DNA of 58,259 nt, counting the filler, from Jimgerdemannia flammicorona (taxonomy: Eukaryota), in NCBI GenBank assembly GCA_003990765.1. It is 3 parts of 3 records of this genome, joined end to end, with 100 filler letters (N's around TTAATTAATTAA, not from the genome) between each part and the next. Parts side by side here need not be neighbours in the genome. Positions count along the whole stretch, not along the records: positions 1 to 19,355 come from RBNJ01001957.1; 2 more parts are not named here. One strand, given 5' to 3'. Made by a program: the position numbers and the translations under genes. Positions within the stretch are counted from its first letter, which is position 1, and each line of letters opens with the position of its first letter. Below, piece after piece: positions 1-11,749 of the stretch. Under the pieces are notes generated by a model. That model searched no databases. It worked only from the letters and a program-made list of their open reading frames with translations, and was not told where the DNA came from.

Positions 1-63
1 AAACAAAGAACCAAACCAATAAAATTCCATGGGACATGAGTCCATTAAAACAAAAAAAAAAAA
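1..63 (+). mobile_element. 3' end and poly(A) tail of a non-LTR retroelement related to the 1.19-kb family, inserted in LTR1
   Basis: GGGACATGAGTCCATT(A)n matches the tails GGGACTTTGAGTCCATT(A)n (~28848-28895) and GACATTGAGTCTGTT(A)n (~6048-6087). LTR sequence resumes at ~63. Confidence 0.6.
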
Positions 64-104
64 GGAATTAATCTGGATTATTATGGAAAATAAAATACCA
101 AATG

Positions 105-146
<42 letters not shown>

Positions 147-896
147 GATACCAGAACTCTTCTATCTTATTATTATTGAGAGTGATAGTGGACTGGACTT
201 CTATAGCTACCATGGCTTCTAGTATATTGATATGGTGGGCTGACAGATCCCTGAAGTCTGAGACTCTGATATATTCTAAGTTGGAGATTAACCATAGTAC
301 ATGTCTGAAGATTTGATGAATCTTCTTGGCTGTCCTTATTTCATATAGATTTATGGGAGTGACATCTTGTAGCTCTTGAGGGCTGGCTTGAGGGAATTTC
401 TGATAGAGGTGGTTTCCTATTTCATATTCTTGCCATATCTGGAGACATTCAGTAGTAATAGTAATTTTTATTTCCATCTCACAATAGTAGAGAATATAAT
501 GATAAGAGTCATCAGTACCCAGGTTGACACTAGGAGTCCTTATGGTGTAAGTCTCTATAGCTCTTCAGATGTCTTAGAATATCCTTTTCTGGACTGAGGG
601 GTCTTGGTGGTTCTTTGATCTTGAGGTTTGGTAAACAGTAGGCATTTTGTTTATAATAAGTCTTTGAGCTATTTCAGGATTAGTGAGTCTTGTTAAGTTA
701 CTACTACTGTGATTTCTTGATCCTTCTTTTATATTCCTCAAGATATTTGTATTGTGGTCCCAATGACTTATAGTTGGTCATCATTGCTCATCTTGTAGCC
801 TGGGTAAGTCATGCTATATAATCTCCTTCTGATCTGATAGCTTATAAAGAAGGCTATCTCCTGTACTAATATCATCATTCTGAGGTCACTATTATA
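63..896 (-). repeat. 3' LTR (partial) of element A
   Basis: High identity to ~8585-9365 and to 11415-11615 plus 18590-19192. Ends GTCACTATTATA, a decayed ...GTTACA. Confidence 0.9.
101..143 (+). mobile_element. Extremely 5'-truncated retrocopy: 7 nt plus (A)36, flanked by an 11-bp TSD
   Basis: ATAAAATACCA (90-100) and ATGGGATACCA (143-153) flank it. The other LTR copies carry this sequence once, with no insert. Confidence 0.65.
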
Positions 897-1439
897 TCTT
901 TCTCCTGAATAAGAATCTTCTTAAACGTCCTTATTCATTAGTCTAGTCCTAAAAAATTTGCTAATCTCATAATCTCTGGCAAGGGGTCAAAAAGTGATAT
1001 TTATGGGCTGGTGTCTTCTCTATGTATTTTGGCATCATGGTGAAGGGTTGCTCCCTTCATATAGAGCAAGGGCCTGATTCTGATCTTAACCAATCAGTTG
1101 ATAGTTTGAACTCCTCTAGCTTTGAAAGTCTCATGAATAAGTAGTTGCTGGTGCTGTATCTTTTAGAGAATGGTCAGACAGATTGCCTGCTGGTCATAGA
1201 ACATGCTGTTATAATTTGCAGACTAGAACCTCATGGGCAGTCATCATATTTTGTTTCTCTTATATAGGTTCATGGTACTTCTTGAGTCTGTTCCTGTATA
1301 CCATGGTAGGCAGTATAGTCTCTGAGAGTTTTCTAAGTCAGAAGGTAGTTTCCTTAATACATATCTTGCACATAGAAGAGTTCTTCCCATTTAGGCTACA
1401 GTTTTTATAACTATGAGGCCTCTACTATATTTTGATATA

Positions 1440-2300
1440 GTAGAACCTTTTCTCTAATTTGGATGGATTCTAGGGTCTTGTAGTTCTTTTCTGCATTCTT
1501 TCTTATCAGTGCTTGTAACTTGATGATATAATCTTCAGCCTTCTTCCTGATTTGATATAGTCTCTAGATTTCTGAGTAAACTCATCTCCAAGTTAGATCT
1601 AGATTTGTAGCTGAGGTTCCATCAGAATCTTCTTCTCTAAAGAGCAGTTCTCTTGGGGTAAAGTGTATACTCTGTGATCATATATCTCATAGGATAGAGA
1701 GGGCAGTTGGGAAGTAGTTATCCCAATTCTCATATGTGTCTGAGATCTTCACAAGAATGTTCTTGAGGGTCTTGTTAGTTCTCTCTATCTGTCCATTTCC
1801 TTGAGAGTAGTACACAGTGGTCTTATGAATCTTGTATTTCTGATATATTATCTTATAGAATTCATTGACAAATTCTATACTATGGTCTGTAGTGATTTGC
1901 TTTGGTGTCTTATAGTGGCAGATGATTTCTCCATATAGAAAGTTGGTTATAGAGAGGGCATTGGCTTCTTGTAATGCTCCTGCTTCTATTTATTTGGTAA
2001 AGAGGTCTACAATAACTATAATATAGTAGTTTTCTGATAGTGTTACTAGTAGTGATCTAATGATATCTATTGTAATGTGGTGGAAGGAGATAGGCTCAAT
2101 TCTTGATGACCCAAGTGCCTGATCTTGCTGATCTTGTTTCTGTTTTTGACACTTATCACACCCTTTAACAAATTGGCACAAATCTTCTTCCATCTTGAGC
2201 CACTATATGATTCTTCTTGTCTTATTATATGTTGATTCCTCCGAGGTATCCTTGTTTATATACTTCCTTCATTACTTGATACTTCTTATATGTATTTGGA
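1440..2300 (-). pseudogene. pol: Integrase of element A
   Basis: FVKGCDKCQKQK zinc finger, HHITIDII, YIIVIVDLFTK, PKQITTDHSIEF and YYSQGNGQIERTNKTLK. Confidence 0.9.
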
Positions 2301-2499
2301 TATTATAAACTTTTCTCTTTTTTCTGAGTATGGTGTTGTCTAGTTCAAACTGTTTCCAAGTCTGATTGATGATGGTGATTGTCCAGGGTTCAAGGTGGTT
2401 GAGCATCTTCTACTACCTAAGATAGCTGATTAATCCATAGTATAACTCCTTATTCATATTGAATAGTCTTGATAGAGATATTTCATAGTATCCTTGAGA

Positions 2500-3720
2500 G
2501 TGCATCAGTATTGGCATTGATTCTTTCTGGATAGTGCTTGATAGTATAGTCATACTCTTGCAACCTGTAGATCCATCTGGTATATATTTCTTTGGGGTTC
2601 AGAGTGTGGAATAGCCAGGCAAGAATGAAATGATCTGTTTGAATAGTGAAGTATTTCCCAGCTATATAGTAGTGGAACTTGTCTACTGCCCAAACTACTG
2701 CTAAGCATTTGAGCTTGTATAACTCATAGTTCTGTTCTACTCTATAGATACATCAGCTTACATAGGAGATGACATATTTATATCCATCTTTCTTCTGAGC
2801 TAGAACTGCTCTAAGTCCTATAGTACTTGCATCTGTCTGCAGGATGAACTCTAGATTCCAATCTGATCTTCTGAGGATGGATGCTTCAGTCAATCTAATC
2901 TTGAGGTCATTGAAGGTTTCTTGGTATTCCTTAGTCTATTCAAATTTGGTCTCCTTCTTCAGTAGCTCATAGATAGGTGCTATAATATTAGAGTATTCTT
3001 TGATGAATCTTCTATAGTAGGAGGCCAGTCCAAGGAAGGCATGGACTTTTATAGTTATTCTGGGTCTTGGATAGGCTGCAATAGCCTCAATATTCATGGG
3101 GTCTGTGTGGATTCTGGTCTGGTTGATGAGGTGTCCTAGGTAGGTAATTTCCTGAGCTACAAACTTGCACTTCTTGGGCTTGATGTAGAGGTCATACTCC
3201 TTTAGCTTCTTAAGGGCTAGCTGTATATAATTGATATATTCCCATACAGTATTACTGAAGATAATCATATCATCAATATAGACAAAGAGCCATTTTCCAA
3301 TTTCATTACTGAAAACTCTGTTTATCATTCACTGAAAACTTACTGGGGCATTGTACATTCTAAATAACATTCACAGATAGATATAGATAACATCAGGTAT
3401 GATGAAGGCTGATTTCTCACTGGCATCTTGAGTGAGACCAATCTGATAGAAGCCTGAGAATAGATCTAAGGTGGTGTAGTATTTTGCTTTGCTTCCAAGG
3501 GTGATAATGATTTCTTGAATATTTTTCAAGAGCTATCTATCCTTTTTGGTGATTACATTGAGCTTCCTGTAGTCAATACAGAGTCTTTGGGCAAACTCTC
3601 CAGGCTTGCTTACTTTCTTTAGGACAAGAACAATGGGTGAAGCCCAGGGACTGATAGTTTGCTTGATGATTCTGACTTCTTCTATTTCCTTGCATTCTGC
3701 TTGCAGCCATTCTCTGTAGG
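2500..3720 (-). pseudogene. pol: Reverse transcriptase and RNase H of element A
   Basis: PWASPIVLVLKKVSKPGEFAQRLCIDYRKLN, VYIDD, FLGLASYYRRFI, and RNase H FILQTDAS... Confidence 0.93.
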
Positions 3721-3969
3721 CAGGTGGTATAGGTCTGGCTTTCTGATAGATGGGCTTGGTATTACCAGTATCAACTTCATAGTAGTACTTGAGTTCTTGA
3801 TTGTGGATATTCCTGAAGTCTGTAGCAAGTACTCCTTTATTCTGATGTAGGATCTTGAGAAGTTGTTCTTCCAGGGGAATATTTTCTCCAATAGTATATA
3901 TGTGCTTGTTCTGGTTCTTGTCTTTCTTGTACTCAAGTTTGGTAATCTTGATGGCAGTATAGACTCTTC

Positions 3970-4400
3970 TTCCAATAGATCTAAAGTCTTATTCTCCTCT
4001 CTTGATCTTGATGAGTTCAATGGCTTTGGTGATCTTAGGCTTCTTGATTTCATAGATCAGCATCTGGCCAATCTTATCATACTTCTTGACTTCAAATGGT
4101 ATGGTGGAGTTGTGATTTCTGACTATAAGGAAGATCTTGCCAGTATAATTAGGATCAATTACTTCTCTTACAACTGAGATTTCACTTTTGGCCAAACTAC
4201 TCCTGGTCTTAATAATTCTGGCATAGTTCTCTAGCAACTTGACTCCAATTCTGATACCAAGTAGAGTAGTGGTCTGTAGTTTGAGAGTAGTATCTTGAAT
4301 ACTGGCAAGGTCCATTCCTATAGTTCCTTTAGTTTTGTATTCTGAGATCTTGGCTTTGGGGTGAAACTTCTTAACCTTGAGAGTGATGTCTAGTTCTTGT
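3970..4400 (-). pseudogene. dut: dUTPase domain between protease and RT (element A)
   Basis: Trimeric dUTPase motifs in ORF 3989-4315 and its flanks: GMDL (I), RSSLA (II), EVIDPNYTG (III), KIGQ (IV), RGE*DFRS (V, decayed). Confidence 0.88.
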
Positions 4401-4759
4401 TCCTCCTCATAATTACTGTTAGCTTAAAGCTCTGGAGGCTAGTCATCTTCTTCAGCTTTCCTTTTTGCTTTAGCAGCTTCTTGCTCATGCTTCTGTTGGT
4501 GGATTTTCCTGACTTCACTGATACAGGACCAGCAGCCATTCAGGTGTTCAGAGTAGTACATCCTAGTACCATGAGGGCATCTTCCTTGAGGAGCATAGCT
4601 ATTGATGATCTTGTTGTACTACTGCTCATCTGTGAGCTTGGGTGTCTTATTCTTATTCTTATTCACCAAGTATATGAAGACTTCTGTGTTCTCTTCATTT
4701 TCTTCCTCTATGTCTGATAGAACTCTTTTGTGGACATTGATAGAGACTCATACTTTTCT

Positions 4760-6280
4760 TCCTCTATAGTTGATCTGCATCTTCTAGGCATTGAGGTCAA
4801 TGATGGCCTTGGCTTTGTGAAGCCATTGGTTGCCAATGAGGATATTATAATTGGTAGTGCTTATAACAATCACATCTACTGAGATGGTAGCTCTGCCTCT
4901 TTCTCCACTATCTTACCAGTTACAATGGTTTGGGAGGCAACCTTCTGAGTCTACTTTCCACAAATATTACCCTCTCTACCTCAGGTTGGTTTGCTATATC
5001 TATTGCAGGGCAGTGGGAGAGAGGCAATGGTGATGAGTTATCCTTTTATTGGTGTCCAATTAGTGTTTTCTCCACTTTTTCATGGATTCTGCTGCCTTTA
5101 GCTACATCTGGAGTATATTCATTTTGGTGCAGTGCCTTCTTCCTTTTGTTATTACCAATAAGGTATTGTCTCAGTATATTATGAGTTATATAGGAAGTTG
5201 GCTGACCTTGGGCATCAAGTGCCCAGTATAGGTTACTTGTAGGTTCTCAGTACCTGTGGTAGAGCCCTCTGGCTTTGGCGATCTTCCCAGTGAGCATGGT
5301 TCTGGCATAGGTGACTGTTTTTCAAGTGTTGTTGGAATTGGAGGGGAGATGGTCATCACAGATAGGAGGAAGAGTGATTATGGTAAATTAGTAGAGTGCC
5401 AGGCTGGGGGCAGTCATCAGGGCTGGGGTAGGTACTACTTTGGTGGGGCCTTTTGATTAATGCAGAGTAGTTAGATAGTAGGTATTACTCTTGGCTTCTT
5501 TTGGTGATTTGGTGGGTTGGGCCCTGGTCATTAGGGGGATTGGGGGACCTGAGGCTACTCATTTTAGATGTCTTAGCTATACTCAACTGGAACTGAGAGC
5601 TGATATAGCAATATGATCAAGGCCCACAGACTTGAGTAGTGGAGTATTGGGGGTTTCCTCCTACCTCACATATAAGTCCTTTACTCACCTCAACTGGGAG
5701 AACCAGGCTCTAACCACTATAATGTACTTTGATGAGGGTTTTTCTTTACTTATCATCCTTCTTGGAGTGGTAGGGGCTATTCTATTCAGCTTAGGTATAG
5801 CTTTATATATATGTTGGAGTCTTGAGCATGTGCTTTCAGTCATTGACATATGGTTGGGTTCTCCCTGGTAGTAGGAAGAGTATGGTGTGTAGAATAAGAT
5901 ACAGACCACTATAGGTCCTACTGTACCTGGCATAGTTGAGCTGCTAGACAATAGCTAGTCTAGGTTAATGAGGGGCAGTGCTTGATAGGTGGTGGGGGAG
6001 GGTTTTGGCCTATATAGTCTAGGTTCCCTTCTAATAAAAATCTGCAAGACATTGAGTCTGTTAAAAAAAAAAAAAAAAAAAAAAAAAGATAGTAGCTCCT
6101 CCTATCTTGATGGGGACTTCTTAGATTTTGCTAAGAAGGATAGCTTATATACTATCTGCTGTGACATAGACTATCTTGGTGGACTCTTTAATGTTTCAGC
6201 CTAGGCAGTCAATTGTCTTCTTGCTCATAAGGCATCCTCTAGCACCAATATCAATGATGGCATCAAAGATATAATCTTTA
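4760..6280 (-). pseudogene. pol: Aspartic protease of element A, split by the 1.19-kb insertion
   Basis: AIIDIGA (decayed DTG) near 6250. EVPIKIGGATISVDVIVISTTNYNILIGNQWL reads across the insertion point. Confidence 0.8.
4894..6086 (+). mobile_element. 1.19-kb poly(A)-tailed non-autonomous retroelement, copy 1
   Basis: Poly(A) at 6063-6087. TSD AGATGGTAGCTC (4882-4893) / AGATAGTAGCTC (6087-6098). Homologous to 13862-15050 (reverse) and 28530-28895. Confidence 0.88.
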
Positions 6281-6859
6281 ATCTGATATGGAGTATAGGC
6301 TGATGTCTTGTACTGGTCTTCATATTCTTTGCCTGGATCTTCAGATTCTTCCTGTATATTGTGAGCTTCTACAATCTTGTACTCTTGATTCTTGGCAGTA
6401 GTTACAAGTCCTACTCACAACTGCTGTCTGAAGGTAGGGACTTCAGCTAGTTGTTCAAAAGTAGCATTGATCTTCTATTCCTTGAGGTTCTTGTAGATAT
6501 CATACTGGTAGATCTTGGTCTTGCACAGCTTCTGTTTCTTCTTGCTTTTACTTTCTTCTGAGACTGGAGTAGTATCTTCAATAATTTGGCAGACAGTTTC
6601 ATCTAACTCCATATCTTGATCAATCTCCTTAGATTGGGTCTTACTTTGAATAGTAACAGCTGGAGTCTTCTTTAGTCTTCCAACTAACTTACAGTTGCTC
6701 TTCTTATTATAGAGCTTGGACTAAGTTCTGGTATCTTCAGTGATAGGGTAGAATTTAGGCTCCTTATAGTATTCTTCATCATTAGTATTACCAATCTCCT
6801 CAATGATTACTATATTAGTTTGTTCTCTGGTTCTGATAGCATTACTTGGTTGGACTTTG

Positions 6860-7720
6860 TGTCTTGTTTCAGTCATGTAACTTTTTGCATAGTGGCCTTT
6901 TTCTCCACATCTAAAGCATATGATATTGCATTTTTCTGTAGTAGCTACAAATCTCTGTACTGGTCTTCTGTTGGTGCTTCAGACTTCTCTAATAATATTA
7001 CCAAAATGTGCAGTCATCTTGGCAAACTGCTTGGTGAGTTCCTCCACTGGGTCAGCTTTGGCTATCTTGGGAGTAGGTGGGGATAGTTATCTGTTTATAA
7101 CTGTAGTGGGTATGATATTAGTTGGCTTTGATGGTTTCATCTTTATACTAGTTATTTTCTCTATTGAGTGTTTGGTGGGGTGTCTGGTAGTCCAATATTT
7201 CTGTATAAAGACCACTTTTTGATCAAGGGTCAGTATAGCTGGGGTAGACTAGATTGCTAGGGCAATTTTAGGGTAAACTCCTTTGAGGAAGCTTGAATCT
7301 GCTATTTGTTCCTTGAGGTAGTCTTCATAGCTAACCAAGACAATCTGGTGGCAGATTCAGATATAGAATGAGTTGGGATCTTCACTGAGTCTCTGACAGA
7401 TAGTGTTGAGTTGATCCTTGAGAGCTTGCTTGATCTCTTCAGTATAGTATATAGTTCTGAGGAAGGTCTTCATGTTGGCAAGTCTGGCTGCACCAGTATC
7501 AGCAATGGTGGCTGTATTGAACTTGTCTCTGGTAGGTCCTCTGAGGCTGACTGGTAGAAGGGCCAATTGTGCATCCATGTTAAGGGCTCATACAGCAGTG
7601 AAATGTTCAAAGTCTTCAATGAAGGTCAGGATTGACTCTTCAGTAGTATATCTATAGAATGTGAAGGGACATATTTCCATCTTGTCTTGAATTTTTGCAG
7701 AAGTAACTCTTGTAGTCAGA
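6860..7720 (-). pseudogene. gag: Gag of element A with CCHC zinc knuckle
   Basis: Capsid-like LRTIYYTEEIKQALKDQLNTICQRLSEDPNSFY. CFRCGEKGHYAKS(Y/C) at ~6876-6925. Confidence 0.8.
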
Positions 7721-7799
7721 TAGTTATTGTAGTAGTTGTTTGTTTTTTAGCTTGAAAGTGAGGGATTCATCTTGAATCACCAGTCAATAGATACCAAGT

Positions 7800-9365
7800 T
7801 GTCACATAGTGATCACTAAGTCCTTCAAATATATTAGATTCTCTTCAAAGTATATCTCTTAGACTAACTCAAGTTTGTTATAAGCAAGTTCTTGTTAGAG
7901 TGCCTTCTTAAGGTCTTATAGTCCTCAAACTTCTTATCTTTAAACTGTCTTATTATCTCTTAGATTGCTTGCAAGAAATTGTATATAAGTGAACTTGACT
8001 AACTTTATTTTGAAGGAAATAGGAGGAGTATTTATATAAAATGTAATTCAATGGTTGCTAAGATATAAAGCTAAATATAAATTCAAATAATCAAATAAAA
8101 TACTAGAACACAGAAAGCTGCTAAGTTTCAGTATTGGTACAGATGGTTGCATAGATTCAGGATACTGGTATAATTTCAGTAATACAGAAAAAGGGTGCTA
8201 GAATAATTCTGAGTCATATAAGATTAGAACACTAGTAGAGAAATAGCTGTTATACTGGAAAAGAATACCAGTGTAATTCAGTATAACCAAGGAACCTAGA
8301 GCAGAATGTTTAGGACCATGGGGGCTTCATCCTTGTCATCACTGAAGGAGATGAGATCTACAAATATTTTAGTCTCATTATGTAGGTCATGCATTTCATA
8401 TATATTATATGAGATGATATCATTACTGATGATGTCATTATATTCAGCAGTGGCAGGGAGAGTGAGGAGATCTGGGGCTCTCTAGTCTATGAGGTTCTCT
8501 TTTACAAAATAAGGGATAAATGTGGGATCTTGAGAAGATCTAACCTGGATACTTGGGCCTTAGAATACTGAGATCAATCTTTGCAGGAATTGATCTGGGT
8601 TGTCCTGGAGGATGGAATATTAGAACTCTTCTATCTTGTCACTATTGAGGATGATAGTGGACTAGACTTCTGTAGCTACCATGGCTTCTAGTATATTAAT
8701 ATGGTAGGCTGACAGATCTCTGAAGTCTGAGACTCTGGTATACTCTAAGTTAGAGATTGACCATAGTGCATATCTGAAGATTTGATAAATCTTCTTAGCT
8801 GTTCTTATTTCATGTAGATCTATGGAAGTGGTATCTTATAGCTCTTGAGAACTGGCTTGAGAGAATTCCTAGCAGAGGAGGTTTTCTATTTTATATTTTT
8901 GCTATATCTGGAGACATTTGGTAGTAATAGTAATTCTTATTTCTATCTTGCAGCAGTAGAGAATATAATGATAAGAGTCACCAGTACCCAGGTTGACACT
9001 AGGAGTCCTTGTGGTGCAGATCTCTATGGCTCTTCAGATGTCTTAGAATATTCTTTCCTGGACTGAGGGGCCTTAGTAGTTCCTTGATCTTGAGGTTTAG
9101 TAGATAGTAGGCATTTTGTTTGTAATAAGTCTTTGAGCTATTTTGGAATTAGTGGGTCTTGTTGAGTTGCTACTACTGTAGTTTCTTGATCCTTCTTTTA
9201 TATTCCTTGAGATATTTGTATTGTGGTCCTAATGACTTATAGTTAGTCATCATTGCTCATCTTATAGCCTAGGTGAGTCATACTATATGATCTCCTTCTG
9301 ATCTGGTGGCTTATAAGAAAGGCTGTCTCCTGTGCTAATGTCATCATTCTGAGGTCACTGTTATA
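7800..9365 (-). repeat. 5' LTR of element A (~1.57 kb) containing a decayed sense ORF
   Basis: Termini TGTCAC...GTTATA (decayed TG...CA). The PBS is adjacent. A TATA-like TATATAAATACTCC lies at rc ~8025-8038. Confidence 0.9.
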
Positions 9366-10638
9366 TTATATAGAGAAATATCTAATATACAAAATTACAA
9401 AGCTCAAAATATATAATTACTGATAGATTGCAGAGAAATTAACTATTGAAATAAAATTTAAAAAAGTAAAATTTCAAAATATAATAATCATATTGATAGA
9501 TAGATTTTATACTAACTAAATTTCAGAAATCTAGAGATTGTTTTCTTATAAATATATAATATATATTTTAGAAAAATTAAATTCTATTACTAAAATAATT
9601 AATATATATATATATACAAAATTAATATACTCTGACTAATATTATTTCTTCAGATATTATATATATTTAGTAAAATATAACTCTATAATTATATAGAGAA
9701 ATATCTAATATATAATATTACAAAGCTCAAAATATATAATTGCTAATAGATTGTAGAAAAATTAACTATTGAAATAGTATTTTATAAGATAAAATTTTAA
9801 AATATAATAAACTGATCTGATCTCATTAGTAGATAATCATTTCATACTAACTAAATTTCAGAAACCTAGAGATTGTTTTTATATATAATATATTTTAGAG
9901 AAATTAAATCCTATCACTAGAGTAATTAATATATATAGAAGCAAAATTAATATACTCTGACTAATATTATTCCTTTAGATATTATATATATAGTAAAATA
10001 TAACTCTGTAATTATATAGAGAAATATTTAATATATAATACTATAAAGCTCAAAATATATAATTGCTAATAAATTGTTGAAGAATTAACTATTAAAATTA
10101 TTTTATATAGAAAAATTTCAAAATACAATAAGTTGATCAAATCTCATTAATAGATAGCAATTTCATACTAACCAAATTTTAGAAACTGAGAGATTATTTT
10201 CTAATATATAATATATTTTAGAGAAATTAATATGTATAGAAGCAAAATTAATATATTCTGACTAATATTATTCTTTCAGATATTATATATATTTAGTAAA
10301 ATACAACTCCATAATTATTTAGAGAAATATCTAATATATTTTATTACAGAGTTCAAAATATATAATTGTTGATAGATTGTAGAAGAATTAATCATTGAAA
10401 TAATTATTTTATATAGTAAAATTTCAAAATACAATAAGTTGAATAAATCTCATTGGTAGATTATTTTATATTAATCAAAATTTGGAAATCTAGAAATTGT
10501 ACTCTAGTAATATATTTTAGAAAATTTAAGACCTGTTACTAAATATAATATATATAATTAATATATATTAATTTATCTTGATCAATACTATTCTTTTAGA
10601 TATCATATATATTTAGTAAAATATAATTCTATAACTAT
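9366..10638. repeat. Very AT-rich tandem array, unit ~303-323 bp, 4 units, continuing at 19193-19330
   Basis: TAGAGAAATAT anchors at 9371, 9694, 10017 and 10320. The fifth unit is split by the solo LTR. Confidence 0.85.
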
Positions 10639-11749
10639 TATTACATAGTAGTTGCTGAGTCCTTCAAATATATTAAATTCTCTTCAAAGTGTATCTCTTA
10701 GACTAACTTAAGTTTGTTATAAGCAAGTTCTTATTAGAGTGTCTTCCCAAGATCTTATAGTCCTCAAACTTCTTATCTTTAAACTGTCTTGTTATCTCTT
10801 GATTGCTTGCAAGAAATTGTGAATAAGTGAACTTGACTAACTTATTTCAAAAGAAATAAGAGAGGTATTTATATAAAATATAATTCAATAGTTGCTAAGA
10901 TATAAAGCTAAATATAAATTCCAATAACTAAATAAAATACTAAAATATAGAAAACTATAGTTATTGATATAGATTCCAGTATTGGTACAGATGGTTGCAT
11001 AAGTTCAGAGTACTGGTAGAATTCAGTAGTACAGGAAAAGGATACTGAAAGAATTCTAAGTTATACAAGATTAGAATGCTAGTGGAAGGATTAACTGTAT
11101 ATGGAAAAAGGATACTGGCAGAATTCAGTATCACTAAGAATTTTAAAGCAGAATGTTCAGGACCATGGGGGCTTCATCCTCATCATTGCTGAAGGAGATG
11201 AGATCTATGAATATTTCATTTATCTCATTATATAGATTATGTATTTTGCATATATCACATGGGATGATGTCATCACTGATGATGTCATTGTGTTTAGTGG
11301 CAGCAGAGGCTCTCTAAACTATGATATTCTCTTTCACAAAATAAGGAACAAATGTGGGGTCTTGGGGAGGTCTAATCTAGATGCTGGGGCCTTGGAATAT
11401 TGAGATCAATCCTTGCAGGAACTGATCTAGGTTGTTCTGGAGGATAGGATACCAGAACTCTTCTATCTTATTACTATTGAGGGTGATAGTAGACTGGACT
11501 TCTGTAGCTATCATGACTTCTAGTGCATTGATATGACAGGCTAACAGATCTCTGAAGTCTGAGACTCCAGTATACTCCAAGTTGGGAATTAACCATGGTA
11601 TATATCTGAAGATCTTTTTTTTTTTTTTTTTTTATAGTCACTCAGACTTTACTATTTATTATAAGTCTATAGATAAAATTACACAATCTTATAAAAACCT
11701 ACAACCCCTCAGCTAATGCCCCTGAGTTCTCTTACTATACTTACTCTCT

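Larger units (their letters stand above)
63..9365 (-). mobile_element. Ty3/Gypsy LTR retrotransposon A (gag-PR-dUTPase-RT-RNaseH-IN), decayed; 3' LTR cut off on the left
   Basis: Direct repeats at 63-896 and 7800-9365. PPT-like AGGAGAAAGA (rc of 897-906). PBS-like TGGTATC (rc of 7790-7796). Domain order is typical of Ty3/Gypsy, with many C>T/G>A stops. Confidence 0.92.

Noticed and set aside
376..597. 73-aa + strand ORF repeated at 8845 and 18668
   Set aside because: It is the antisense shadow of the LTR-borne minus-strand ORF and recurs only because the LTR recurs.
7780..7796. Assigning element A's PBS to tRNA-Met from TGGTATC
   Set aside because: The homologous PBS in element C reads TAGTGCC, so the original may be TGGTGCC. 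The primer tRNA is uncertain.
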